Below are positions 33,373 through 43,090 of a stretch of 64,000 bases of DNA, piece by piece. The notes under the pieces are model-generated. The model saw only the letters and a program-made list of their open reading frames with translations. It was not told the DNA's origin and ran no database searches. Both the position numbers and the translations under genes were made by a program. How positions within the stretch are numbered: the first letter of the stretch is position 1; the number at the start of each line of letters is the position of its first letter. Source of the DNA: Candidatus Bathyarchaeota archaeon (GTDB lineage: Archaea; Thermoproteota; Bathyarchaeia; Bathyarchaeales; Bathycorpusculaceae); the NCBI GenBank assembly GCA_963833575.1, contig CAWHXY010000004.1:32001-96000 (forward strand), in the 5' to 3' direction.

Positions 33373-34956
33373 ATGTATCAAGGCTTCTCCCTCAAAGAGT
33401 GGCTAACCACAACCAACCACAAGCGAATAGGCATACTTTACATCATAACAGCAGTCTTTTTCCTAATAATTGCAGGATCACTCGGCATGCTCATGAGAGT
33501 TCAACTTGCTGCGCCAATGCAAAATTTCCTTGACGCATATCAGTATGATCAAGTTGTCACTTTACACGGACTTTTAATGATTCTATGGGTTCTCACACCA
33601 CTAGGAGCCGGATTAGCAAATTACATTGTACCACTCCAAATAGGCGCAAAAGACTTAGCGTTTCCCCGTTTAAACGCAACAAGCTACTGGACATACCTTT
33701 TCAGCGGAGTACTCCTTGTCGGAACAGTGTTTCTTCCTAATGGCGCACCAAACACAGGCTGGACTCTCTACGCACCACTAAATACCATCCAGTTTTCCCC
33801 TCAACCAGGAGCAACACTTGCAATTTTGGCACTTGGACTACTTGCAGTTTCAATAACAATGGCATCAATTAATTTTATCACAACCATCGTAAAAAACAGA
33901 GCAAAAGGAGTAACCTGGACACGCCTACCAATCTTCACCTGGTCCATATTGATGACTATGGCGCTGGCACTTTTCGCGTTTCCTCCGCTAGCAGCAGGAC
34001 TGGCATTGCTAACAAGCGACAGAATTCTAGGCACCGTCTTCTTCAGCTCTACACAAGGAGGCAGTATTTTATGGGACGAACTTTTCTGGTTTTTCGGGCA
34101 TCCAGAAGTTTACATTGTCGTGTTTCCGGCCTTAGGCATAATTGCAGAAGTTTTCATGACATTTGCTAAAAAGCCCCTGTTCCAGAGAAAAATTTTCATA
34201 ATAGAGTTTGCCGCAGTGACTTTTCTAAGTTTGGGAGTGTGGATGCACCATATGTTCACAACAGGAGTGAACTATGACGTGCTTCAAGCCTTCTCGGTTA
34301 CGACATTGGCTATTTCCATACCTTTTGAAGGTCTAGTTCTCGGCTTAGTTCTGACTCTCTATAAAGGGAGGATAAAGTTCACTGCGCCTATGCTTTACTG
34401 CATAGCTGCCATATTTACTGTCACTCTCGGCGGCGTCACAGGCGTCTTACAAGCCTTCCCAACATTAGATTACGCTTTCCGAGGCACATACTGGATAGTA
34501 GGGCACTTTCACTATGTCATGGCGGGAACCACACTATTCGGGCTTATTGCAGGGCTCTATTATTGGTGGCCAAAAATAACTAAGCGAAAATACAATGAAA
34601 CTGCCGCCAAAATCACATTTGCAATTTCATTCGTCGGATTTAATGTTCTCTATTTTCCGTATTTCTTCCTGTTAGATATGCCAAGGAGAATATCGACTTA
34701 CACTGTGCTCTCTGGCTGGGCATCTTTGAATTTTGATGCAACCGTCGGCGCTTTCGTTTTCGGACCCGCCGTCATATTGACTATACTAAATCTCATTATA
34801 AGTTACAGGAAAAATGTGCCTTGCGGACCGAATCCTTGGGAGGCAAAAGAGATGGAGTGGACAGGCGACTACAGCGGATCTGCAACTGTTACCCAAACAG
34901 CCACAACTCCCAACAATCTTGAGAACTCAAAGCCAAATGAGGATAATTCAAAATGA
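33373..34956 (+). CDS. coxA: Heme-copper oxidase subunit I (A-family)
   Basis: [46 protein letters not shown]. Confidence 0.97.
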   Translation: MYQGFSLKEWLTTTNHKRIGILYIITAVFFLIIAGSLGMLMRVQLAAPMQNFLDAYQYDQVVTLHGLLMILWVLTPLGAGLANYIVPLQIGAKDLAFPRLNATSYWTYLFSGVLLVGTVFLPNGAPNTGWTLYAPLNTIQFSPQPGATLAILALGLLAVSITMASINFITTIVKNRAKGVTWTRLPIFTWSILMTMALALFAFPPLAAGLALLTSDRILGTVFFSSTQGGSILWDELFWFFGHPEVYIVVFPALGIIAEVFMTFAKKPLFQRKIFIIEFAAVTFLSLGVWMHHMFTTGVNYDVLQAFSVTTLAISIPFEGLVLGLVLTLYKGRIKFTAPMLYCIAAIFTVTLGGVTGVLQAFPTLDYAFRGTYWIVGHFHYVMAGTTLFGLIAGLYYWWPKITKRKYNETAAKITFAISFVGFNVLYFPYFFLLDMPRRISTYTVLSGWASLNFDATVGAFVFGPAVILTILNLIISYRKNVPCGPNPWEAKEMEWTGDYSGSATVTQTATTPNNLENSKPNEDNSK

Positions 34957-35726
34957 AAGATGAAAAATCACAAACTGAAGAAAACAAATCTAGCTTCATG
35001 CCGCTCATAATTGCCGGAGGAGTCGCATTGTTCCTACTGGGACTTGCAATTTACATTCCGCTCCTCGTGGCTGGACTAATCATCGTCGCGGTTGCACTAC
35101 TCAAAGTATACAAAGACGGAAATGGGGAAAAGTTCGCCCAAACGAAAGAGACTGAGGAAGAAAAATTTCCTCTTGAATCGGTAAGTAAAGAGAAACTTGG
35201 ATTATGGATTTTTCTTGCATCCGAAATCTTGATTTTCGGATCCCTCATAGTCGCTTACATATATGTTCGAGTGAACAGCGTTTCGTGGCCAATAGCAACG
35301 CAAACACACGACGTACTGCTCGGAATGACAAACACAATTATTCTTCTTACGAGTAGCTTGACTATGATTTTGGCTCTTTACTCAATAAGAGCAGGCAACG
35401 TAAAAGGATTAAAAATCTGTTTAGGCAGCACCGTTGCGTTGGGCGTAGCTTTCTTAAGCATTAAGCTCGGAGTTGAATGGCCTGCTCTTATCCGCAACGG
35501 ATTCTCCATAAACAGTGGCTTGCCAGCCTCTACCTACTACGTGCTAACAGGACTTCATGCCATGCATGTTGCTGTGGGCTTAGTAGCAATTGGGTACTTA
35601 ATGATTCGAACATTTAACGGAGGATTCACCAGCACAAAACATGTTGCTGTGGAAAACATTGGGTTGTACTGGCACTTTGTGGACATCGTATGGATGTTCC
35701 TCTTTCCGCTTTTTTACTTGATTTAG
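34953..35726 (+). CDS. coxC: Heme-copper oxidase subunit III
   Basis: [31 protein letters not shown]. Confidence 0.95.
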   Translation: MKDEKSQTEENKSSFMPLIIAGGVALFLLGLAIYIPLLVAGLIIVAVALLKVYKDGNGEKFAQTKETEEEKFPLESVSKEKLGLWIFLASEILIFGSLIVAYIYVRVNSVSWPIATQTHDVLLGMTNTIILLTSSLTMILALYSIRAGNVKGLKICLGSTVALGVAFLSIKLGVEWPALIRNGFSINSGLPASTYYVLTGLHAMHVAVGLVAIGYLMIRTFNGGFTSTKHVAVENIGLYWHFVDIVWMFLFPLFYLI

Positions 35727-35736
35727 GTGAAAAAAA

Positions 35737-36006
35737 ATGGCTGGAATAAAACTCTATATAGGAATCTGGCTTGGACTTGTGATAGCAACGGTTATGGAAG
35801 TTGTTGTTAGGTCTCTGCCAGGGGGAGAATCGTTAATTGTGCTTGTCATAGGTTTAATTGCCGGCGCAAAAGCCATCGTTATAGCGTTGTATTATCAGCA
35901 TCTGCGTTACGAAGGAATTAGACTCGCTACTCTACCTTTAGCTGCTGTTGTAGGCGTCGTTTTCCTAGGAGTTTCTGCCGCATTTACTCTTGCAATGGGG
36001 ATGTAA
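35737..36006 (+). CDS. coxD: Heme-copper oxidase subunit IV
   Basis: Three TMs with AKA..IALYYQHLRYE motif. Confidence 0.85.
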   Translation: MAGIKLYIGIWLGLVIATVMEVVVRSLPGGESLIVLVIGLIAGAKAIVIALYYQHLRYEGIRLATLPLAAVVGVVFLGVSAAFTLAMGM

Positions 36007-36008
36007 AC

Positions 36009-36530
36009 ATGCATAAATCAGACGTATCGCTTATCGCAATCATAGGTTTGGCAGCAATTTTCTACTTTGCAACAATGTCCATGCTGGTCTTTCATATTCA
36101 GCTTCCTTTAACGGCAAGTTCAAGTATTTCAGGCAAAACGCCAACAGTCAACATTATACTCTATGAGGGAGAAAATTCTGGCGGTCAATATGGCTTTGGC
36201 TATTCGCCAAACACTTTAACGTCACCTGGACCCACGCTTAGATTCACAACCTCCGATATTGTGAACATAACCGTCATAAACGTGGGAAAAGTACCCCATG
36301 CTTTCGCCATTACCAATGCCCCCCGAACTGGAGCGGGTGTACTCTTCAACGCTAAAATTGGATCAGAAAGCAATCCGCTTCAGCCAGCACAAGAAGGCTC
36401 AGTTGTTTTTGAGCCCAACTTAACCGGCTCGACATTTAGCTACATTTGCCCAGTTTCAGGGCAGGCTGAAGAGGGTATGTATGGTTCGATTATAATCAGC
36501 ACGATTTCAGGAACTGGAATGGGAATGTAA
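36009..36530 (+). CDS. Second membrane-anchored cupredoxin (C-terminal His ligand replaced by Gln)
   Basis: Paralogous to 30198-30734 (YGFG..SPGPT); PHAF...YICPVSGQAEEGM. Confidence 0.82.
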   Translation: MHKSDVSLIAIIGLAAIFYFATMSMLVFHIQLPLTASSSISGKTPTVNIILYEGENSGGQYGFGYSPNTLTSPGPTLRFTTSDIVNITVINVGKVPHAFAITNAPRTGAGVLFNAKIGSESNPLQPAQEGSVVFEPNLTGSTFSYICPVSGQAEEGMYGSIIISTISGTGMGM

Positions 36531-36537
36531 ACTTTCA

Positions 36538-37425
36538 ATGATAGGACAAATAATGTTTATGAAGCAAAAAATAGGAAAATATGTTGAGCTTACAAAGCCA
36601 AAAGTGACTCTCCTAAATCTACTTGTAGGCGTCACTTGCTTTGTACTTGCAGCATTTCCTACAGTTGACTGGTTAAAATTGGGAGTGTTTGCGGTTGTGG
36701 GTTATTTGGCTGCAGGTGGATGCGGTGTTTTGAACAGCGTTTACGACCAAGACATTGATAAGTTAATGCCGAGGACTTCAAAAAGAGCAATCCCATCTGG
36801 ATATGTAGACCAAATTAAGGCGTTAATGTTTGGCATTGCAATGATTGTTGGAAGCTTTGCCATCTCCTACTTATTTTTTAACCCGTTGACCGCCTTAATG
36901 CTCGGAGTTGGAGCAACCTTTTACCTCATAATCTATACTGTATGGCTGAAGCGAATCAGCCCTTGGAATGTGGTTATTGGTGGATTCGCTGGTTGTTTTG
37001 CTGCACTTTCAGGTTGGACAGCCGCCGTCAACACGTTAAGTTTAATGCCTTTGCTGGTTGCAATGCTTGATTTTCTGTGGACACCTGGACATCTTTGGGG
37101 ACTCGCTATCAAAAAAATCAGGGAATACAGAAATGCTAAGATTCCAATGTTGCCTGTTAAAGTCGGCATAAGCAAGGCTTCAAAAATTGTTTTTCTTCTG
37201 AATGTTTTCACAGTGGCTTTCTCTCTACTATTTCCCCTTCTACAGCTCACAGGCATCATTTACTTGGCCATTGCGTTAGTTGCTGGGAGCGGGTTTCTTT
37301 TCCAAAATCGAAGCTTAATATTTTCTACTTCTGAAGTAGCTGGATTCAAAGTATTTGTTGCTTCAATGCCATATTTAACGTGTTTAATGTTAGGGCTGAT
37401 TGTTGACAAACTTATCCTAATCTAG
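36538..37425 (+). CDS. ctaB: Protoheme IX farnesyltransferase (heme O synthase)
   Basis: LTKPK, DQDIDKLMPRTSKRAIP, YTVWLKR, WTPGH. Confidence 0.95.
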   Translation: MIGQIMFMKQKIGKYVELTKPKVTLLNLLVGVTCFVLAAFPTVDWLKLGVFAVVGYLAAGGCGVLNSVYDQDIDKLMPRTSKRAIPSGYVDQIKALMFGIAMIVGSFAISYLFFNPLTALMLGVGATFYLIIYTVWLKRISPWNVVIGGFAGCFAALSGWTAAVNTLSLMPLLVAMLDFLWTPGHLWGLAIKKIREYRNAKIPMLPVKVGISKASKIVFLLNVFTVAFSLLFPLLQLTGIIYLAIALVAGSGFLFQNRSLIFSTSEVAGFKVFVASMPYLTCLMLGLIVDKLILI

Positions 37426-38004
37426 ACGGGGCTTAATTCTTGGAACATGGGATTTTTGGGTAACTTCACTTATTTGTTCTACCCTGTCTGTCCATCCTAG
37501 ACTGCGGTATAATTCAGATGCAATTGAAAGAGGCGTCACAGCTATTTTCTTCCCAACAACATAAACATAATCAGGAGTAAAATCGAGCACGTAACCCCAA
37601 TCCCATTCTCCAACCTTAAATTGCAGGTTCCCTTCAACCTTAACTTTAACACCGTTTAAACAAAAATCGAAATAGTAACTTCTAACATAAACCGGGTATT
37701 CTTTGCCTTCAATCATTGCGTTTCTTGTGAGACGTTGGACCTGAAAAGTGATTTGCTGCGATGCAAATTCCTGAAATGCATAAAAAATTAGTTGTGCATC
37801 ATCTTTTGACGTCACGATTTCTATATGGTCAGGTTCAACTTTCACTATTCTCAGGTGCTCTGCCAAGTCGCCGCTGACAACCCACTTAATATTAGTATTT
37901 TCAAGTTTATCATGCAATACAATCAATGCGTCGACGTATTGCTTTGGGGTAACACTTACGAAGTTGCTAAATTGATCCCAAAACTCTTTGCTTGTAATGC
38001 TCAT
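37417..38004 (-). CDS. Hypothetical protein, nucleotidyltransferase-like fold
   Basis: WVVSGDLA...VEPDHIEI resembles a degenerate GS...DID motif. Confidence 0.55.
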   Translation of the reverse strand: MSITSKEFWDQFSNFVSVTPKQYVDALIVLHDKLENTNIKWVVSGDLAEHLRIVKVEPDHIEIVTSKDDAQLIFYAFQEFASQQITFQVQRLTRNAMIEGKEYPVYVRSYYFDFCLNGVKVKVEGNLQFKVGEWDWGYVLDFTPDYVYVVGKKIAVTPLSIASELYRSLGWTDRVEQISEVTQKSHVPRIKPRLD

Positions 38005-38034
38005 AGCAAACGCTCAAAACAAAAAAAGGTAAAT

Positions 38035-39858
38035 TTATTGTGTAACCAGTGGACCCGGACTTGCCAAGTACCTCTTTATTCCGTCGGCAGCAAGATAGAC
38101 CATGGCTCCAGCAACATGAGTTCCAGCGGTTAAGTTATCGCCGAAAGTATCACAGATTTCTCCGGCAGCAAACAAGTTTTCACTTGTCCAACATTGCATC
38201 CATTTATTAAACACTGAAGTAGCAGAGTTTGAGCCTGTTCTTGCGCCGCCTCTCATATGGTGCCCCCACCAGTCAACGTGTTGGGATAGTTCAGCGACAG
38301 TAGTTTTTTTAATTGCTGAAGCGTTTCCCATTTTGCCCAAAATATCTGTGATGTAGGTTGATTTGTTAATGAGGTAGTTTGACACTCGGTATGTGTTGGC
38401 GTCCCAGTCCAGAGTTATTCTTCCGCATGGGTCTCCGTAAATATCGTTGTAGTGAGGATCTAAGTCGGCGTAATGTTCCAGAAGAGGTAAATTTGGGCCA
38501 GTTCCTGAAAGGGTTGCTGTTATTTTCTGGGGTATTTTTTCATCTTTAAGTGTAGCTTTCCAGGTGCTTCCAAAGTTAGTTCTACTAGGCAAGTGTGTAG
38601 TGAAGGTGTTGGGTCCACTTCCCAAATAGTTGCCAAAGCTAAGCAGAACGCCACCCATGAAACTCAAGTCATCTGAATGACTGAATTTTGGGTTAACCTC
38701 ATTCAAATCCATTATTCCATATCCGCCGCCGGCAGCATTTCCACTGACATAAGTGTTTGCCCCAACATCTAGCTGAACGCTTGCGCTTGAAGTTGCTGGA
38801 TAGTAGCCTTCGGTTAAGCCTCGTCCTAAAGAACCCGTGTGCTTAACAGGATCATATGGAACGCCCATGCCTGAGAGAAGCATAGCTCGTATTAGGTTAT
38901 AGCCCCACAAACCATTGAACACGACTTTTGCAGGTTGAACATGTACTTTGCCAGTAGAATCATAATATCTAACGCCAGTCGCTTTTCCCGTGTTATCGGT
39001 GTCTATTCGAAACACGTAGGATTCAGTGCGTAAGTCAAACAATCCTGTGTTAACAGCGGCGGGTATTGTTGTAACATGCGAACTGCTTTTGGCACCTACT
39101 TCACATGGATAATTGCATAAGCCGCCGCACCATCCACAATAAACACAACCGTTTCGAGATATACCGTATTGATTTGTGTAACCACCGCTTATCAAGCCGT
39201 TCACACTTGGAAAAGGAGTGTAGCCAAGGCTTTCAACAGCGTTTTTGAAGATTGGCGCATATGCGGTTTCCGGGTGAGGAGGCATTGGAAACTTGGCGTT
39301 CGGAATAAATGGGTCTTGATTCGTGCCGACTACGCCGATAGCTTGCTCCCATTGGTTATAATATGGGACCATATCATCGTAGCTTACCGGCCAGTCTTCT
39401 AAGTCGAGTGTGCCGCCTTTAACACTGTCTACTATCGTTTGGTATCCTGCGTCACCATACTTTGCTTTAGTCATCGTAACGGGTTGGTATGACCAAGGAG
39501 AAAATCTTCCTAAGCCACCACCATAATGGGTTCCGACACCGCCAACAGCATGCCCTAAAGCATGATACTGAATATTTTTTGTGTAGCGTCTTACTGGTAA
39601 GGCAAATTGGCCGTCGGTGTTTCGAATTGTGAAAGTTGAAATATACAGAGGATGATCAAACTTTCGTTCCACTGCAATTGCCCATTCATCATCTTTGTTA
39701 TCTTGCCGCCAGTCAGTTGTATAGTCCCAGAAAGGACCTTTTTCTATACCGACAACATTGTATTTTGCAGCGGTAAGTTCAGCGGCTATCGGACCGCCCA
39801 TATGGCCAAGACCACATACCACAACATCGGTTTGGGGATGATTAATAACAGCAGACAT
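38035..39858 (-). CDS. GMC oxidoreductase, gluconate 2-dehydrogenase flavoprotein-like subunit
   Basis: GLGHMGG FAD loop, GGVGTHY, DWPVSY, Cys cluster, DLDPHY.D.YG.P; start MSAVINH at 39858. Confidence 0.88.
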   Translation of the reverse strand: MSAVINHPQTDVVVCGLGHMGGPIAAELTAAKYNVVGIEKGPFWDYTTDWRQDNKDDEWAIAVERKFDHPLYISTFTIRNTDGQFALPVRRYTKNIQYHALGHAVGGVGTHYGGGLGRFSPWSYQPVTMTKAKYGDAGYQTIVDSVKGGTLDLEDWPVSYDDMVPYYNQWEQAIGVVGTNQDPFIPNAKFPMPPHPETAYAPIFKNAVESLGYTPFPSVNGLISGGYTNQYGISRNGCVYCGWCGGLCNYPCEVGAKSSSHVTTIPAAVNTGLFDLRTESYVFRIDTDNTGKATGVRYYDSTGKVHVQPAKVVFNGLWGYNLIRAMLLSGMGVPYDPVKHTGSLGRGLTEGYYPATSSASVQLDVGANTYVSGNAAGGGYGIMDLNEVNPKFSHSDDLSFMGGVLLSFGNYLGSGPNTFTTHLPSRTNFGSTWKATLKDEKIPQKITATLSGTGPNLPLLEHYADLDPHYNDIYGDPCGRITLDWDANTYRVSNYLINKSTYITDILGKMGNASAIKKTTVAELSQHVDWWGHHMRGGARTGSNSATSVFNKWMQCWTSENLFAAGEICDTFGDNLTAGTHVAGAMVYLAADGIKRYLASPGPLVTQ

Positions 39859-39859
39859 T

Positions 39860-40720
39860 TTACATACCTCCGCCTTCTTTCTGAAGATCACCCAAACTCT
39901 TGGGTTTTAACCGAGTAGGCGTTCCTGCAACCATTAACTTCTTTGCGCCTAAGCCAATGTCGTCTCCCCAGTAATTACCGTTAAAAGCTAATAGTTTCCA
40001 CCCTACTAATCCCTGGTTTCCGCCATATGCTGGATCAGCCCAGAAGCCAGCGACAACCATATCGTGAACTTCATTGAAGAATTCAGCGGCATTTGGACCC
40101 TGAAAAGCAGTCTGCAACGCTGTATTGCTTGATTTATTATCGAACAAATCTTGAAGCACCGATATCTGATCAGCAGAAGAAAGGATTTCAAATGGATTAT
40201 TTTTTGATGCCTTGCTATAATTTTCAAGAAATACGAGTCCTCGACGCCAGAACTCTCTTGGATTAAAAGCATACTGGTAAGCTGTTCCCGCCTGTAAACG
40301 CGGCGTTATGGTCCCTGTATAAGATATTGAACTTTTCGTTGTGTTCGGATAGACTGCTCCTATAACAGAGAGGGCACCAGCTTGTGGAGTAACAAATGGC
40401 CCCTGAAGATACATGTTGCCTCCTTTTCCATAGCTTCCAGCTAACATGTGGTCAATAAAATAGATGACACCAGCTTCTTTGGCGCCTGGACCGTTGCTAT
40501 CCGTTGGAATTATGGCTTCGGCTAAAGCTTCAACTATTAGACGTTCTGTTCCATTTAAAGTCAAGAATACTTGAGCACCTTGGTTCTGCTGCTGGCTCAC
40601 GTTGTTCTTTTCATTATTGATTGTATTTTCAAGAATGGGAATTTCAATTGCGCTTGCAACTCCAACACCTATCGCCGCTGCAGCACCAATTTTAATAAAT
40701 TCACGCCTATTCATCGGCAA
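39860..40720 (-). CDS. Gluconate 2-dehydrogenase subunit 3 (gamma)-like protein with Tat signal
   Basis: MNRREFIK Tat motif; IIPTD..GPGA.EAGV.YFID; DPAYGGN..VGW. Confidence 0.9.
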   Translation of the reverse strand: MPMNRREFIKIGAAAAIGVGVASAIEIPILENTINNEKNNVSQQQNQGAQVFLTLNGTERLIVEALAEAIIPTDSNGPGAKEAGVIYFIDHMLAGSYGKGGNMYLQGPFVTPQAGALSVIGAVYPNTTKSSISYTGTITPRLQAGTAYQYAFNPREFWRRGLVFLENYSKASKNNPFEILSSADQISVLQDLFDNKSSNTALQTAFQGPNAAEFFNEVHDMVVAGFWADPAYGGNQGLVGWKLLAFNGNYWGDDIGLGAKKLMVAGTPTRLKPKSLGDLQKEGGGM

Positions 40721-40882
40721 AAAACACCTTAACTAGCATAAACAAAAAAGAGCTTTTAAGTTTATGTTGTAGTCTAGTGCTTGCAACAACAACCAAGAGC
40801 TAAGAAGATACCTACCACTTAACATCAACTAACTGGTTAAGCAATCCCCTATTCTATCAGGAAGGGTACTTCCTTAATCATA

Positions 40883-41191
40883 TTAAAACTCTGGAACATC
40901 ATCAAAGTTGTCGGAAGCTACAGTGTTTTTTAAGTCAGTTCTAACGAAGTCTTTCCCATCCACAGTTACGAGATGTACATCTTGGCCTTTGCGCCATTTG
41001 CCCATAGGAGTTCTAAAAACTGTAGCGTAGGTACAACCTTCCTTTATTTTTGAAATAAGGTCAGTTCTGGAAAAAATGATGTTCTCGCAAACTACACAGC
41101 CAAAATCCGAATGGCACTCTACACAATCTATTTGCTTCTGGTCGGGGCTAGTTCTGACTGCAGAGACTAAGTAATCAGCCCATTTATCCAT
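40883..41191 (-). CDS. DUF3892-like protein
   Basis: WADYLVSAVR...W.KG..V...RTD.....DN...PEF pattern. Confidence 0.75.
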   Translation of the reverse strand: MDKWADYLVSAVRTSPDQKQIDCVECHSDFGCVVCENIIFSRTDLISKIKEGCTYATVFRTPMGKWRKGQDVHLVTVDGKDFVRTDLKNTVASDNFDDVPEF

Positions 41192-41414
41192 ATATATCGC
41201 CTGCCGCTGTCTTATTTCGAAGTATTATTTAACGCTTATTGAACATAGCAGAGAATATTTTAAAAATATTTAATATGCTCTAACAAAAAGAATTGGCTGC
41301 AAGGATATCTTTTGTCTATTTGAAGCTCAAAGTTTTGTTCCATTTGTTATAATAAAAACTAAAAAGGGATGAACTGGTTTCTACCGACAGAAATCCTGTT
41401 TTGAAAGATAGCAT

Positions 41415-41762
<348 letters not shown>

Positions 41763-41814
41763 TCACTCCATTAACATTGCACACAACAAGCTTAGCTATT
41801 AACTTTTTTCTTAA

Positions 41815-41991
41815 TTAACTTCTTTTCTCTTCATTGGAGGAAGCGCTCGACAGCTCTTCACTCATCTTGTAGGCTTTTTCCTTTAGCACGTTGATTTCTT
41901 CGCGAAGTCTATTCATTTCCCTATCTTTTGCCTGCTCAATGGCCAGGTTAAATTTGTTGAAGTCTTCATCTAACTTGTCCTTATTTGTCAA
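41815..41991 (-). CDS. Small coiled-coil protein (58 aa), not in ORF track
   Basis: TTG start; MTNKDKLDEDFNKFNLAIEQAKDREMNRLREEINVLKEKAYKMSEELSSASSNEEKRS fills the usp-atpK gap. Confidence 0.6.
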   Translation of the reverse strand: MTNKDKLDEDFNKFNLAIEQAKDREMNRLREEINVLKEKAYKMSEELSSASSNEEKRS

Positions 41992-42010
41992 AGAATAGGT
42001 GCTCCAACAT

Positions 42011-42454
42011 CTATTTCACAACTAGGACGGGGCAATGAGCGTATTCAATCACGCGTTCGGCTACGCTGCCGATGAGAATTCTTTCGGCGCCTCTTCGTCC
42101 GTAAGTTCCAAGCACAATTAAATCCATTTCTAAGCCGTTAGACAGATGTACAATTTGCTCAAATGGTCTTCCCTTTGCAATCAAAGACGTTGCTTTAACG
42201 CCTTCTTTATCAGCTAAACCCAGAATATAATTGACGTATCGTTGACCGTCATCTTTGAGTTCCCTTTCGATATCTTCGCGTTCTGTTACTTTGGCAAATC
42301 TGTCGATAACAACTTCATCTAACACGTAAACGACCATAATTTGTGCATCGTGGGTTTTGGCGATGCTTATGGCGTATTCTGCAGCATGAATGCTGTAGTC
42401 GGATCCATCGGTGGGTACCAAGATTTTTTTTATGGTTTGCGAACTGAACTTCAT
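42011..42454 (-). CDS. Universal stress protein
   Basis: KILVPTDGS, G..GR.G...LIGSVAERV..AHCPVLVVK. Confidence 0.93.
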   Translation of the reverse strand: MKFSSQTIKKILVPTDGSDYSIHAAEYAISIAKTHDAQIMVVYVLDEVVIDRFAKVTEREDIERELKDDGQRYVNYILGLADKEGVKATSLIAKGRPFEQIVHLSNGLEMDLIVLGTYGRRGAERILIGSVAERVIEYAHCPVLVVK

Positions 42455-42455
42455 T

Positions 42456-43085
42456 TTATTTTCGCTCCTTAATTACACGTTTGATTATTTTAGTTCTAAC
42501 AAATTCTTCTCGATCTTTTTCTTCTAGCACCAGTTCAATCCATTTGGCTGTTTGGCGATACCTTGGGATAAGGACATAGTTTAAGGCGTTGACTCGACGC
42601 TGGGTTCTGCGTACATCGTTGGCTATCTGAAATGTAGTTCCTTCTGTTCTAGCTAAATCAGCGATTAAACTTAGAACACCATAGAATTGCTTGAATGCTT
42701 TGTCTAGTTCTACACTGGTGTTGGCAAATCCGTAGTCTGGTTTGACGTCAGGTTCACTTTGAAATTTTACAGATGGCACGGTTACGCCCATGATGCTTTT
42801 GTAATCTACGGTGTAGTGAGCTTCGGTGCTCGAGCCTAAAGCAACGCTAACAACTGTCTCTGAACCCTTTGCCATGTTTGCTTCCCTTAATTTTTGGTAA
42901 GCTTTCTCAAGAGTCTTCAGCAGTTCCTCGCGGGTGCTTTCGGCTTCATAAATACTGTTTCTTAATTCACGCAACAGTATGTCACGTTTACGTTCAAGGA
43001 CTTCGCGACCGGACTCTGCGAGGTTCAATGTCTTTTTTGTTTGAATCAAGTTTATTCTTGTGGGACTAACATTTTCAGAGGACAA
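42456..43085 (-). CDS. atpD: A/V-type ATP synthase subunit D
   Basis: PTRINL, LERKRD, TQRRVNAL, LEEKDRE. Confidence 0.95.
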   Translation of the reverse strand: MSSENVSPTRINLIQTKKTLNLAESGREVLERKRDILLRELRNSIYEAESTREELLKTLEKAYQKLREANMAKGSETVVSVALGSSTEAHYTVDYKSIMGVTVPSVKFQSEPDVKPDYGFANTSVELDKAFKQFYGVLSLIADLARTEGTTFQIANDVRRTQRRVNALNYVLIPRYRQTAKWIELVLEEKDREEFVRTKIIKRVIKERK

Positions 43086-43090
43086 TTTTG

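Noticed and set aside
40883-41191. DUF3892 as part of a defence system
   Set aside because: No neighbouring defence genes in this window
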